This document shows, one piece after another, positions 18,477-27,870 of a stretch of DNA of 64,000 nucleotides. Positions within the stretch are counted from its first letter, which is position 1. Each line of letters starts with the position of its first letter. The notes under the pieces are model-generated. The model saw nothing but the letters and a program-made list of their open reading frames with translations. It ran no database searches and was not told the origin of the DNA. The stretch comes from a virus. Taxonomy: Duplodnaviria; Caudoviricetes. Both the position numbers and the translations under genes were made by a program. The stretch is taken from positions 24,080-88,079 of the IMG/VR virus record IMGVR_UViG_2657245717_000001. One strand, 5' to 3'.

Positions 18477-19067
18477 ATGACAGAAGCGTGGGGGGTAGTG
18501 ATCGCCGCACTGGTTGCCGGTGTCGTGGCGGTCGCAGGAAGCTTCATCGGCCTGTACGTCGGCCGGCGGCAGGTCCAGGACGAGGCGCAAGTCGAGCACG
18601 AGCAGTGGCTTCGAGGTCAGCGGCAGGAAGCCTATGCCGCACTACTCTCGGCCTTGGATGAAGCCGAGAAGGGCATGGACCACATTGCGGAGATCGTCGT
18701 TGAGCAGGAGGAGCACTTCGACGCATCGAGTGTCTACGACGATGAAAGCGCCTGGAAGGACTTCAAGGCCGCACTGGAGCCCACCCGTGTGGCGTTGGAA
18801 AGGCTGCGCCTGCTCGGTCCGGAAGACGTCACGGCATCCTCCGCTGAGGTGTGGGACGGGCTCATGGCGAGACGCGGAGCGCTGATGAGCCTGCTTCGCG
18901 TGCCGCCAGTGCAGCACAACGGGTGGCCTGTCCACGGGGCCGCCATGAACCGTGTGGATGCGGCACGCGAGAAGTTCTTGTCGCTAGCCCAGTCGGTGCT
19001 GGGTGAGGCGCCGACGCCTGCCGTTCGTGCGAGGCGTCGGCGGCGACAGGCGCGTCTGGGCGCGTGA
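18477..19067 (+). CDS. N-terminally membrane-anchored protein (moron-like)
   Basis: Hydrophobic N-terminus; EQWLRGQRQEAYAALL; less GC-biased codons. Confidence 0.7.
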   Translation: MTEAWGVVIAALVAGVVAVAGSFIGLYVGRRQVQDEAQVEHEQWLRGQRQEAYAALLSALDEAEKGMDHIAEIVVEQEEHFDASSVYDDESAWKDFKAALEPTRVALERLRLLGPEDVTASSAEVWDGLMARRGALMSLLRVPPVQHNGWPVHGAAMNRVDAAREKFLSLAQSVLGEAPTPAVRARRRRRQARLGA

Positions 19068-19095
19068 CAACGGGGGTGGTGGTGATGCTGGGTGA

Positions 19096-20076
19096 GTGTT
19101 GGAGCCGCCGATCCGTCCGATGACTGCCGAGGCCCGCGCCGAGCTGCCGCCGGCGGGGAAGCCAGGCTCGATGTTCTGGCAGCAGAAGCTCGACGGGTAC
19201 CGGGTGATCGCGTTCATCCGTAGCGGCCGGCTGTTCCTCCAGTCGAAGTCCGGCGCGGACCTCACCGAGCACTTCCCGGAGCTTCAGGCCACGGCCGCGG
19301 GGCTCGCCGAGGACGTGGTGGTGGATGGGGAGCTGGTGGTGCTGCGCGACGGCCGTCTCGACTTCGCCGCGTTGCAGCAGCGGGCGCGGCTGGGCGGGTT
19401 CCGGGCCCGTTCGGCGTCACGGTCATCACCGGCGCACGTGGTGCTGTTCGACCTTCTGGGCGCTGACGGAGGGTCGTGGATGGGCCGCCCGTACCGGGAA
19501 CGCTGGGCACGCCTGGCACTGCTCGTGGAGGGCGGGGCGCTGGGCGGCAGGTGGGTGCTGGTCGGGTCGACGCTGGACCGCGACCAGGCGGTGGGGTGGA
19601 TGGACCCGGCGTGGGGCCGGGTGGGTATCGAGGGGGTGGTCTACAAGCCGGCTGGGGGCGTGTACAGGCCGGGTAAGTCGGGGTGGGGGAAGGTGCGGGC
19701 GCGGGAGACCGCGGAGGGTGTGGTGGCGTCCGTGACGGGCCCGGTGGCGGCGCCGGACACGCTGCTGCTGGCCCGCCGGGACGCGGAGGGGAACCTTCGG
19801 ATGGTGGCCCGCACCGTGCCCCTCACCGCGGCGGCACGCCGGCAGGTCGGGGCGCTCCTCACCGCGGCCGGGTCGGAACATCCGTGGCATGGAGTGCGGT
19901 TCTCGTCCGGCTGGGGCATCAAGGCGACGCTGCCGCACACACCGGTCGAGCCGGTGCTGGTTGCCGAGTTCGCGGGGGACACGGCGGTGGATGATGCGGG
20001 CCGCTACCGGCACCCGGTCAGGTTCGTACGGCTCCGCGACGACATGGCACCGGACTCAGTACCGCCGATGACGTGA
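19096..20076 (+). CDS. ATP-dependent DNA ligase (LigC-like)
   Basis: QKLDGYR (KxDG), VDGELVV, FDLL, EGVVYK, RHPVRFVRLRDD. Confidence 0.9.
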   Translation: MLEPPIRPMTAEARAELPPAGKPGSMFWQQKLDGYRVIAFIRSGRLFLQSKSGADLTEHFPELQATAAGLAEDVVVDGELVVLRDGRLDFAALQQRARLGGFRARSASRSSPAHVVLFDLLGADGGSWMGRPYRERWARLALLVEGGALGGRWVLVGSTLDRDQAVGWMDPAWGRVGIEGVVYKPAGGVYRPGKSGWGKVRARETAEGVVASVTGPVAAPDTLLLARRDAEGNLRMVARTVPLTAAARRQVGALLTAAGSEHPWHGVRFSSGWGIKATLPHTPVEPVLVAEFAGDTAVDDAGRYRHPVRFVRLRDDMAPDSVPPMT

Positions 20077-20083
20077 GCGGGTG

Positions 20084-20326
20084 CTAGTCGGTGGTGGCGT
20101 GGCCGCGGGTCGCGTTGCGGATGTGGGCTGGGCTGAGGCCGGTACGGGCGGCGAGCGTGTCGAGGGTGGCGCCGGCTTTGTGGGCGGCGCGGATGGTGCG
20201 GTTGCGCCAGGCGACGTGCTGTTGGCGGCGGTGTGCGGAGGCGATGGTGCGTTGGAGGAGGACAGCGGTGTGGAGGAGGAGGGTGGCTTTCCAGCGGGCG
20301 CCGGGGCGGGGCGTGGCTGCGGGCAC
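20084..20326 (-). CDS. small HTH-like protein
   Basis: RNRTIRAAHKAGATLDTLAARTGLSPAHI. Confidence 0.5.
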   Translation of the reverse strand: MPAATPRPGARWKATLLLHTAVLLQRTIASAHRRQQHVAWRNRTIRAAHKAGATLDTLAARTGLSPAHIRNATRGHATTD

Positions 20327-20477
20327 GGGTCTCCCTTGGGTGGTGTGGTGTGGTGTGTCCGCTATGACGGTGACGCCCCGCCCTGGGATGATCAAGGGTG
20401 CGAAGTGGACAGGTTGCACCCGTTGTCAGGAAACGGAAGCGGGGGTGTAATGGGGCGCCACAAACGGAAGGGGGCTC

Positions 20478-20753
20478 ATGTCGAGGCACAGACGAGTCGG
20501 GACGCGACCTGAAGATATTGCGGCTGAGAGAGCCAGGCCGGCTGTTGAGGTCTGGATTCCGCCGTTCAAGCCAGACGGTCCTCGGAAGGTGCGGCCTCGC
20601 GTTCCAGCTCCCGAGGAGACTGCGGAGAGCGAGTCTGCCGCAGAGCCGGATGGGTGGATCACCCAGCCTTTGGACCCTGCGCGGTCAACCGGGCCGAGCC
20701 GCAGTGTGCGCGCGGTTCCGTCGGGGCTTCCGGGGCTCGGCAGGCGGCGTTAG
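20478..20753 (+). CDS. hypothetical protein
   Basis: ORF ending at the convergent hairpin; SVRAVPSGLPGLGRRR end. Confidence 0.45.
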   Translation: MSRHRRVGTRPEDIAAERARPAVEVWIPPFKPDGPRKVRPRVPAPEETAESESAAEPDGWITQPLDPARSTGPSRSVRAVPSGLPGLGRRR

Positions 20754-20773
20754 CTGTCCGAGGACGTTCGCAT

Positions 20774-20813
20774 GGCGAGGGGCGGCAACCGCGGTGGGTT
20801 GCCGCCCCTCGCC
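20774..20813. terminator. bidirectional terminator-like hairpin
   Basis: 17-bp stem GGCGAGGGGCGGCAACC/GGTTGCCGCCCCTCGCC between convergent genes. Confidence 0.7.
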
Positions 20814-20828
20814 GTTACAGGTCGAGAG

Positions 20829-22223
20829 TCAGCCGTGCTCCATGTCGGTGAACCGGGAGTAGTGCCCCTGGAACGCCACCGTGATCGTCGCCGTCGCCGC
20901 GTTCCGGTTCTTCGCCACGATCAGATCAGCCTCGCCGGCCCGCGGAGACTCCTTCTCGTAGAAGTCCTCCCGGTGCAGAAGGATCACGATGTCGGCGTCC
21001 TGCTCGATCGCGCCGGACTCCCGCAGGTCAGACATCATCGGCTTCTTGTCGGTGCGCTGCTCGGGCCCACGATTGAGCTGCGACAGAGCAACGATCGGCA
21101 CGTCGAGGGTCTTCGCGAGGAGCTTCAGGTTGCGGGAGATGTCCGCGACTTCCTGCTGCCGCGTCTCGGCACGGCCGCCGGACTTCATGAGCTGGATGTA
21201 GTCAACGACGATGAGCTGGATGTCGTGGAGCTGCTTCATGCGGCGGGCCCGCGCTGCGATCTCCATGTACGTCTGGTTGGCGTAGTCGTCGATGTACAGC
21301 GGCGCGGCCTCGATGCTCGGCATGACCTTCGCAATGCGGGACCAGTCGCCGTCGTCGAGTTCCCCGGACCGGATGTGGTGGAGCGCGACGCGGCCCTGAG
21401 CGGAGAGGATGCGCTCCTCGATCTCCTCGCGGGGCATCTCCAGGTTGAAGAAGAGGGCGGGCTTCTTCTCGACGATGGAGCAGTGGCGGAGGAAGTCGAC
21501 AGCCAGGGTCGACTTGCCGATGGACGGTCGGGCGGCGATGACGATGAGCTGGCCGCCGATGAGGCCGGTGGTGAGGCCGTCGAGGTCGGTGAAGCCGGTG
21601 GACAGGCCGCGGAGTCCGTCGCCGGCGTCGGCGCGCTTCTCCAGGCGGTCGATGAGGGAGGCGGAGGTGGCGCTGATGGGGAGGATGTCGTTGCGGTCGG
21701 CGGCCTGGAGGACGTTGAAGATGTCTTCCTGGGCGGTGCCGACGGCGACTGCGGCGTCGCCTTCGCCGCGGTAGCCGCTCTGGGCGATGCGGGTGCCGGT
21801 TTCGGCGAGGCGGCGGAACACGGCGCGTTCGGCGACGGTCTCGGCGTACCACTGGGCGTTGGCGGCGGTGGGGACCATCTCCACGAGCTGGTGGAGGTAG
21901 GGGGCTCCGCCGACGCGTTCGAGGTCGCCGCGTTTGGTGAGTTCCGCGGAGACGGTGACGGGGTCGGCCGGCTCGGAGCGGCCGTACATGTCGAGGATGG
22001 TTTCGTAGATGGTCTGGTGGGCGGGGCGGTAGAAGTCGGCGGGGCTGTGGAGTTCTTCGACGACTTCGCCGATGGCGGTCTTGGAGAGGAGCATGCCGCC
22101 GAGGACGCACTGTTCGGCTTCGTAGTCCTGGGGTGGGGTGCGGTCGGTGTTGCGGGGGGTGTCGTCGGCCCATGGCTCGTCGGTGGCGGGGTGGGCGTCG
22201 ATGGTCTGGTGAGGGATACTCAC
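20829..22223 (-). CDS. dnaB: replicative DNA helicase
   Basis: PPQDYEAEQCVLG, IAARPSIGKS, VVDYIQL, LSQLNR, LRESGAIEQDAD. Confidence 0.97.
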   Translation of the reverse strand: MSIPHQTIDAHPATDEPWADDTPRNTDRTPPQDYEAEQCVLGGMLLSKTAIGEVVEELHSPADFYRPAHQTIYETILDMYGRSEPADPVTVSAELTKRGDLERVGGAPYLHQLVEMVPTAANAQWYAETVAERAVFRRLAETGTRIAQSGYRGEGDAAVAVGTAQEDIFNVLQAADRNDILPISATSASLIDRLEKRADAGDGLRGLSTGFTDLDGLTTGLIGGQLIVIAARPSIGKSTLAVDFLRHCSIVEKKPALFFNLEMPREEIEERILSAQGRVALHHIRSGELDDGDWSRIAKVMPSIEAAPLYIDDYANQTYMEIAARARRMKQLHDIQLIVVDYIQLMKSGGRAETRQQEVADISRNLKLLAKTLDVPIVALSQLNRGPEQRTDKKPMMSDLRESGAIEQDADIVILLHREDFYEKESPRAGEADLIVAKNRNAATATITVAFQGHYSRFTDMEHG

Positions 22224-22302
22224 GGTGAGGCTCCAAGGGGTCTCAGAGCGGCGGCCAGTCTCGTGGAAGGGTTCTGGCCGCCGTCTCGCGTTTGAGGGGC
22301 TG

Positions 22303-23444
22303 TCAGGCCCGTGTGGCGGCGTAGGCGGGGTGGCAGGTCTTGCACTTGGCTGCGGGGCCGTCGTCGGGGAGCAGGAACCGGTAGGTGGGGGAGTCGCACT
22401 CACCGCACCAGTCGACGTGTCCGGGCTTCGCTGCCGCTGTTCCTGCGGCCTGACTGGTGGGCTCGGACGCCTCGGCGGCGGCAGCGAGGACGGCTTCCTT
22501 CGACTGCATGTCGGAGATCCGGTAGGCGAGGGTCGCGCCGTGGTTTTTCACGGCTCCCTTGTCCGGCTCGTGGCGGGTGAGGTAGAGCCGCAGGGTGGTG
22601 TCGAGGTCCCAGCCGGTTTCGTCGGCGTTGGCGATGAGCTTGTCGGCGAGGCCGCGTGCGCGGGTGAGGCCGACTGCCCAGGCGCCGGGGAGGTTCATGA
22701 GGAACTTGATGGCCTTGTCGCGTCGGGCGGGGTCGAGGGTGTCGTCGTTGCTGCTGGTCTTTCCCCTTCGCGGCGTAGCCGCGTGCTTGGGGATGGAGGG
22801 GGAGGTAGTTCCTACCTCCTCCTCCGGGGGTGTGGGGGGGACGGCCTAACGCTTCCCGGAACGCCGGAAGCATTCTGACCTGCGGGAACGCGCCTGCCAC
22901 CACTTCCCGGGACACCGCTTCCGGCTTCACCGCTTCCGGCGTTCCGGGAAGCATTCCGACCTGCGGTTTCTTCCGCTTCCGGCTTCACCGCTTCCGGCGT
23001 TCCGGGAAGCATTCCGACCTGCATGTTCTCCAACGGGTCGGATGCAACCTGGTGCACCTGCCAGTCCGGGTTCCACGCGGGGTTGTCGTACACCGTGTAA
23101 GAGATCGGCCCCTTGCGGCCGGGGTGCTTCTTGTTCGGAAGCTCAACCCGCCGGATGTAGCCAGCGTCGATAAGGCGGCCAAACGAGCTGTAGACAGCGT
23201 CGCGGCCAACCAGCTCCTTGCTGTTCTTGGCCGACCTGATGCCGCGCGTCTTGAGCTGCTCCCAGACGATGACCGGCGTGGAACGCGCCTGGGAGGAAAC
23301 GTTGAACAGGACCTGGATGAGCACCACGTAGTCGATGGCGTGCACCAACTCCGATCCGATGCCCATGTGAGCTGGCACGGAGATGCCGCTGACGGGCGCT
23401 TGAGCGGCCTTGATAGTGGCAGTCTCAACGATTCGATCACTCAC
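22303..23444 (-). CDS. phage replication initiator (apparent 1-nt frameshift near 22826-22840)
   Basis: N-terminal wHTH-like region, internal repeats, C-terminal WCGECD...CKTCHP, upstream of dnaB; adding one C joins the frames (PHPPEEEVG...KFLMNLP). Confidence 0.7.
22851..23022. repeat. iteron-like repeats / putative origin inside the initiator gene
   Basis: 50-bp exact direct repeat 22915-22964 and 22973-23022 plus further GCTTCCGG/GGAAGC copies. Confidence 0.75.
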
Positions 23445-23662
23445 GCTGCCACCCCCGCCGCGAGAGAGGAGGTGCTAGCACTACCAGCCGGGCTCGCACA
23501 GTTACTGTGCGTTGCACTTTCAGTGCTGGGGGTCTTGCGGGTATCGTTCACCAGGAACGACCTGCTTTCTGCTGTGAGGTTCGTTTGACGCAGCGGTTGC
23601 GACCCGCTGTTTGTGCTTGGTGGCCGGTGGAGCTGAGGCTCGCCGGCCACTTGCATGTCTGA

Positions 23663-23692
23663 ACGCTATCGAGCATTTCGCGGGGTATTGCC
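23663..23692 (-). promoter_or_regulatory. phage-type promoter GGCAAT-N18-TAGCGT upstream of the replication operon
   Basis: Motif match with 18-nt spacing. Confidence 0.6.
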
Positions 23693-23764
23693 CCTGCTAA
23701 ACGCCCCTTCACCAGGGCCACCGTCGAGGTCGACGGTCCTGGCCGCGGCCGTGGTGTTTGTCCA

Positions 23765-24403
23765 TCACGACGCCACGTAGAGGGCGACACCTTGCTGGCT
23801 GGTGATGACCCCTTTGTCTCGCAACTGCCGCATGGCGATGCCGACCACCGAGGTCGATACACCGAGGTGGTGGGCCATCCGCGAGATGGTCAGCAAGCGG
23901 CTTCCCAGGGGAAGCAGGCCATCCTCGATGGCGGTGCTGATGATCTGGGCGATCTGCCTAGACAGGGACAGCTTTGCGCGGCGGTCGAGGCGTGCACTCG
24001 TCCACCAGTCCTGCGTGAAGGCGTCGGGCGCCGCGTGCAGATGGTTGTAGAGAGGGCGCTCGACCTCGATGGCGACGCGCTCGGCCGTTTCAGCCTCAAG
24101 CCGTGACCGGAACCAGTGAACGGTGTGGTTGTCCACCTGATCCCACCACTCCTTCTCCTCGGAGTGCTGGGCCCATCGGACTCCAGGGTTATTGCTGACG
24201 CCGACGTACAGCAGGCGTTCGTCAGAGCCGAAGAGCCGGTAGAGCCCTGTTGCCTCCTCTTCGACCTTGGAAGGGGGAGGGGGTGCCGTACCGATGATCC
24301 GGTAGATGCCGCGCTCGTCTGGCGTTTCGCTGTACAGGTAGCCCCTGATGGGGTCGGAGCACACGGCGATGTCGTCGGGGAACTCGTAGTAGACGCTAGG
24401 CAT
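23765..24403 (-). CDS. GIY-YIG-like domain fused to GntR wHTH
   Basis: LYRLFGSDERLLYVGVSNNPGVRWAQH...AERVAIEVERPLYN; RQIAQII...GSRLL...LGVS..VV..AMRQLRDKG. Confidence 0.75.
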   Translation of the reverse strand: MPSVYYEFPDDIAVCSDPIRGYLYSETPDERGIYRIIGTAPPPPSKVEEEATGLYRLFGSDERLLYVGVSNNPGVRWAQHSEEKEWWDQVDNHTVHWFRSRLEAETAERVAIEVERPLYNHLHAAPDAFTQDWWTSARLDRRAKLSLSRQIAQIISTAIEDGLLPLGSRLLTISRMAHHLGVSTSVVGIAMRQLRDKGVITSQQGVALYVAS

Positions 24404-24761
24404 CGGTCGTTCCCGTCCTCTTGGCCCGCCGGGCGCCCTTGTCGGGGCCGCGTCCAGCGATGGGGTGATTTTGGAAGTAGTCGAGGAAGGGGCCTGTCTC
24501 CATAACCGCCGCGTTGGCGATCTGCCAGTACGCGTGTGCGCGGCCTTCGCCGAAGGGCCAGTCCGGGTTGGTCGAGGCGATGTGCCTGATGCCCTGGTGG
24601 GTGATGTGGTCGACGATGCCGAGTTGCATCAGGAGGTCCGCCCCGCCCTGGAAGGTGACGACGGGGGGAATGGGGATGTGCTTGGGGTCGCCCTGTTGGG
24701 CGCTAGTGAAGCTCACTAGTAGGCTCCTATACGTGAACAGCTCATCGCTGGGTTGCTTCAC
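24396..24761 (-). CDS. hypothetical DNA-binding protein
   Basis: Overlaps next gene; ITHQGIRHIA...DWP; basic GRGPDK tail. Confidence 0.55.
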   Translation of the reverse strand: MKQPSDELFTYRSLLVSFTSAQQGDPKHIPIPPVVTFQGGADLLMQLGIVDHITHQGIRHIASTNPDWPFGEGRAHAYWQIANAAVMETGPFLDYFQNHPIAGRGPDKGARRAKRTGTTDA

Positions 24762-24869
24762 ACTGCTGCCGACTCCGCAGGTCGGTAGTGCTCAAAGGAC
24801 GGCCGGTTGGGGTCCGTAGCCCCTCCGGCCGTTCGTGCGTCCTGACTGGATGCCCGAACGCGTCAATGA

Positions 24870-25631
24870 TCAGGCGTTCTCGGCTCCCTCCTGCGTCTCT
24901 TCATCGCTGGACCGCAGCGACGTCGTCCAGCGAAGGATGGTCGAGCCCTCCGCCACCTTGACGGCAACCTCGACAACGCGACCGTCCGCCAACGTCACGG
25001 TCCGAACGACCTGGGTGACAACCACATCGGCGGCCGTCAGCCCCAGGGCCTCCTTCTCCGCCGTGGTGGCGAGGCGGCTGGTCACTTCCTCCAGCACCTC
25101 GTCCTGCGGAGAGCCGAGACGCGACGCCGCCAGCTCCCGAGAGGCCCCGGTGGACACCGGCTCCTGAAGCTCAGGCGTCACCGCGATCACGTACGCGGGG
25201 TAGTAGCTGCTGCTGATGTGTACAGGCACTTCGCCACGGCTCACGACGCGCCGACGGACCTGGACGGGCGTACCAGGAGCAACGTCGAGGCGGGGGGCCA
25301 CCAGCGCGTCTGCGCCGACCGTGCCCACCTCGATGATTCGCGACGACTCGCCGCCACTCATCGCGCTACCTGTAGCGGCGTGCAGAGCAACCCGCGCGCC
25401 GATGCTGGTGCTGGCCGGTGACGCCACCACCGTCTTCGCGCCCGGGCGCGTGAGGGTCAACCCCTCCATCTTGAGAACCCGGTATGCGCGGTTCACGGTC
25501 GTATGCGCGACGCCGAACTGCTCCTTGGCCTGCGTGTAGCTCGGCATCTCGTCGCCGGGGCGGAGTGTTCCGTCATGGATCAGCCGGCGGAAGTGGTCGG
25601 CGATCTCTGCATACCCGGGGGTCTCTGGCAT
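24870..25631 (-). CDS. GntR/UTRA repressor (KorA/TraR-like)
   Basis: YAEIADHFRRLIHDGTLRPGDEMPS...VNRAYRVL; UTRA-like C-terminus; divergent from the transfer operon. Confidence 0.88.
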   Translation of the reverse strand: MPETPGYAEIADHFRRLIHDGTLRPGDEMPSYTQAKEQFGVAHTTVNRAYRVLKMEGLTLTRPGAKTVVASPASTSIGARVALHAATGSAMSGGESSRIIEVGTVGADALVAPRLDVAPGTPVQVRRRVVSRGEVPVHISSSYYPAYVIAVTPELQEPVSTGASRELAASRLGSPQDEVLEEVTSRLATTAEKEALGLTAADVVVTQVVRTVTLADGRVVEVAVKVAEGSTILRWTTSLRSSDEETQEGAENA

Positions 25632-25714
25632 GGCCTCCTCCTTTCTTAGGTGTGCACTGCCCACCTCGTCGTGTGCAGCGGTGTCCTTCTGAGATTAGTC
25701 GAAGAAAACTTGTT

Positions 25715-25730
25715 GCGCTACTAGTAGCGC
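25715..25730. promoter_or_regulatory. 16-bp perfect palindrome, putative Kor operator
   Basis: GCGCTACTAGTAGCGC in the divergent intergenic region. Confidence 0.6.
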
Positions 25731-25885
25731 TCGCGGCGTAGTGTGGTCTACATTGAGGTGGTCGGCAAGCGCGGGACCCCCCGAAACGCCGAAAGGCCCA
25801 GGTGCGCGAACACCTGGACCTCTCAGGGGCCCCGAAGGACCCGGCGAACCAACGCCCGACCTGCGCAAACAGGAGGTTGATCCGC

Positions 25886-26056
25886 GTGAACCAGCGTAAC
25901 CGCATCACCGGAAACACCGCGACCACCACCCCCGACGTGAACGAGTGCCTGCGTCAGTCCCGCAGCACCAGCACCACGCCGTCGACCGCCCGCCAGCTCG
26001 TCGCCGTCGGCATCCGCCGGCCCGGCAACGGCCCGCTGATCATCAAGGCGGTCTGA
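25886..26056 (+). CDS. hypothetical protein
   Basis: AGGAGG RBS. Confidence 0.5.
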   Translation: MNQRNRITGNTATTTPDVNECLRQSRSTSTTPSTARQLVAVGIRRPGNGPLIIKAV

Positions 26057-26058
26057 CC

Positions 26059-26526
26059 ATGGCGCTCAACGACCCCGCCCGCGACGCCGCCGAGCACCTC
26101 TACCAGCAGCTCGCCCGCCTCGCCTGGATCGACAACGACAACACCGACCGCATCCACGTCACCCTCAGCCTTCCCGACGGCACGCTCATCGGCTCCACCG
26201 ACCTCGCCGCCACCACCATCGGCGAACTCGGCGACACCGCCCAGCACAACGCCGACGACTACCAGCAGGCCATCGGCGAGCAGGTCGCCTACTTCGAAGA
26301 GACCCTCATCGACCCGCAGCTCGCCCAGGACGTGGAGGACTGCCTCTCGCCCTACCTCGACGGGCAGCTCCACCCCGACGCGCTCGACGAGATCGAGGAG
26401 CACCTGAACAGCCTCGACCTGATGGACCTGCTCAACGTGGCACGGAGCGCCCCGGACGAGGAGAGCGGCATCCGCGCTTTCGACTACCTCGTCACCGGCG
26501 AGATCGACGAGGACGGAGCCCTCTGA
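26059..26526 (+). CDS. acidic hypothetical protein
   Basis: Codon usage; D/E rich. Confidence 0.7.
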   Translation: MALNDPARDAAEHLYQQLARLAWIDNDNTDRIHVTLSLPDGTLIGSTDLAATTIGELGDTAQHNADDYQQAIGEQVAYFEETLIDPQLAQDVEDCLSPYLDGQLHPDALDEIEEHLNSLDLMDLLNVARSAPDEESGIRAFDYLVTGEIDEDGAL

Positions 26527-26945
26527 TGCACAGCCCCTACGGCCCCGTCCACACCCCCGGCAACGCCGTCCCCAACATCGACGACACCGAACTCGGCCGA
26601 GCCCTCGACTCCCTCCACGGCGTCCACCCCGGCCTGACGCTCGTGGCTGACGGACTCCGGCACATCGCCCACGACCGGCACCACATCACCCGCATCCCCA
26701 CCATCCTCAACGCCCTCGCCGGCGACCCCCACGGCCACAGCCTCATCGACGTCATCGGCCACCTCGTCGCCCGCCTCACCGACGCCGACCAGACCCCGAC
26801 CCTCCGGCAGCTCAACCTCGACGAGCAGAAGACCGTGCAGCAGCTCGGCGAGGAGTCCCTGTACCAGCTGACCGACATGGACCTTCAGAAGCCGGCTGCG
26901 GAAGCGGCGGTCGTCCTCGACGAGATCGAGTCGAAGTCCACCTGA
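26526..26945 (+). CDS. hypothetical protein
   Basis: TGATG coupling. Confidence 0.7.
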   Translation: MHSPYGPVHTPGNAVPNIDDTELGRALDSLHGVHPGLTLVADGLRHIAHDRHHITRIPTILNALAGDPHGHSLIDVIGHLVARLTDADQTPTLRQLNLDEQKTVQQLGEESLYQLTDMDLQKPAAEAAVVLDEIESKST

Positions 26946-27013
26946 CCATCCCCACCGCGCGGGGGCGGTCGACGCCGACAACGGCCGCCCCCGCCTCACC
27001 CGAGAGGCACGCC

Positions 27014-27232
27014 ATGAGCAAGACCTACTTCTGGGTCGCCACCCTTCACACCAACACCCCTCACGGCCCCCGCATCACCTCCGACAAGGGCCTCGTCACG
27101 CCCGGCCTCACCACCGGCCAGACCCGAGCCGAGCTGTACACCACCGTCCTCAACGCGGTCTGCGAGCGCCACGGTCTCTCGATCGCCGACAGCGCGGTCA
27201 CGTTCTGGTCCCTCGAACCGAACGACGTCTAG
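27014..27232 (+). CDS. hypothetical protein
   Basis: GAGG RBS; YFWVATL...FWSLEPN. Confidence 0.65.
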   Translation: MSKTYFWVATLHTNTPHGPRITSDKGLVTPGLTTGQTRAELYTTVLNAVCERHGLSIADSAVTFWSLEPNDV

Positions 27233-27240
27233 ACCCCCCA

Positions 27241-27292
27241 GCCTCGGCCCAACCGTGACGGTGCCGGATCGAATCCGCGCCCGAGGCACGCA
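27241..27292 (+). ncRNA. tRNA-like intergenic element
   Basis: GCCTCGG/CCGAGGC 7-bp stem, CCGTGACGG, CGG-ATCGAAT-CCG T-like arm. Confidence 0.5.
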
Positions 27293-27374
27293 CACCGAAC
27301 GCCCAGAGGAAACGCCCCACCAGGGCCAGTACCGAAGGAAGCGTCCGCACCTTGAGAACTCCACAGCACCACAA

Positions 27375-27438
27375 GCCCCGGCCCCGCACCCCGCGGGGGC
27401 CGTGACGACGCCGACTCAACCCCGGCCCGGGGCACGCA
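27375..27438 (+). ncRNA. tRNA-like intergenic element
   Basis: GCCCCGG/CCGGGGC stem, CCGTGACG, T-like arm, ACGCA tail. Confidence 0.45.
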
Positions 27439-27477
27439 ACCACCGCCCGAACCCGCCCACCACCGAAAGGCCCGGAC

Positions 27478-27645
27478 ATGAACCAGCAGGCCACCCCCGC
27501 CTACGAGCCCGTCAGCGACGACGACGCCCGACTCCACCTCGCCCAGATCATCGGCTCCGACCTGGACACCACCGTCTGGACCGGTGACTGGCACCAGACC
27601 CTCCGCGACACCGCAGCCGCCTGGACCACCGACCTCGCCGCCTGA
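27478..27645 (+). CDS. small hypothetical protein
   Basis: GAAAGG RBS; MNQQATPAYE. Confidence 0.55.
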   Translation: MNQQATPAYEPVSDDDARLHLAQIIGSDLDTTVWTGDWHQTLRDTAAAWTTDLAA

Positions 27646-27656
27646 AGGAGACCCCC

Positions 27657-27833
27657 ATGACCAACCGTCCCATCACCCCCGCCGAAGCCCACCTCGTCGC
27701 CACCGCCGTCACCCTCGCCGCCACCAAGGGCGAGACCGTCTGCCGCGCCGTCGCCAGCACCTTCACCCAGGACCAGCTCGCCGCCGCCAAGGAAGTCCTC
27801 GAAAACGACCTCAACCAGAAGCCCACCCAGTAA
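27657..27833 (+). CDS. small hypothetical protein
   Basis: AAGGAG RBS; MTNRPITPAE. Confidence 0.55.
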   Translation: MTNRPITPAEAHLVATAVTLAATKGETVCRAVASTFTQDQLAAAKEVLENDLNQKPTQ

Positions 27834-27870
27834 CCCCACACCGCACACCAACCAGAAAGGACCCCCAGTC

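Noticed and set aside
20389-20427. Further copy of the GGCAAC-N18 promoter (TGCAAC / GACAAC on the minus strand)
   Set aside because: Spacing to the nearby CACCCT is 12 or 21 nt, not 18
22851-23022. CRISPR array
   Set aside because: Only two long repeats 8 bp apart, inside a CDS, with no unique spacers and no cas genes
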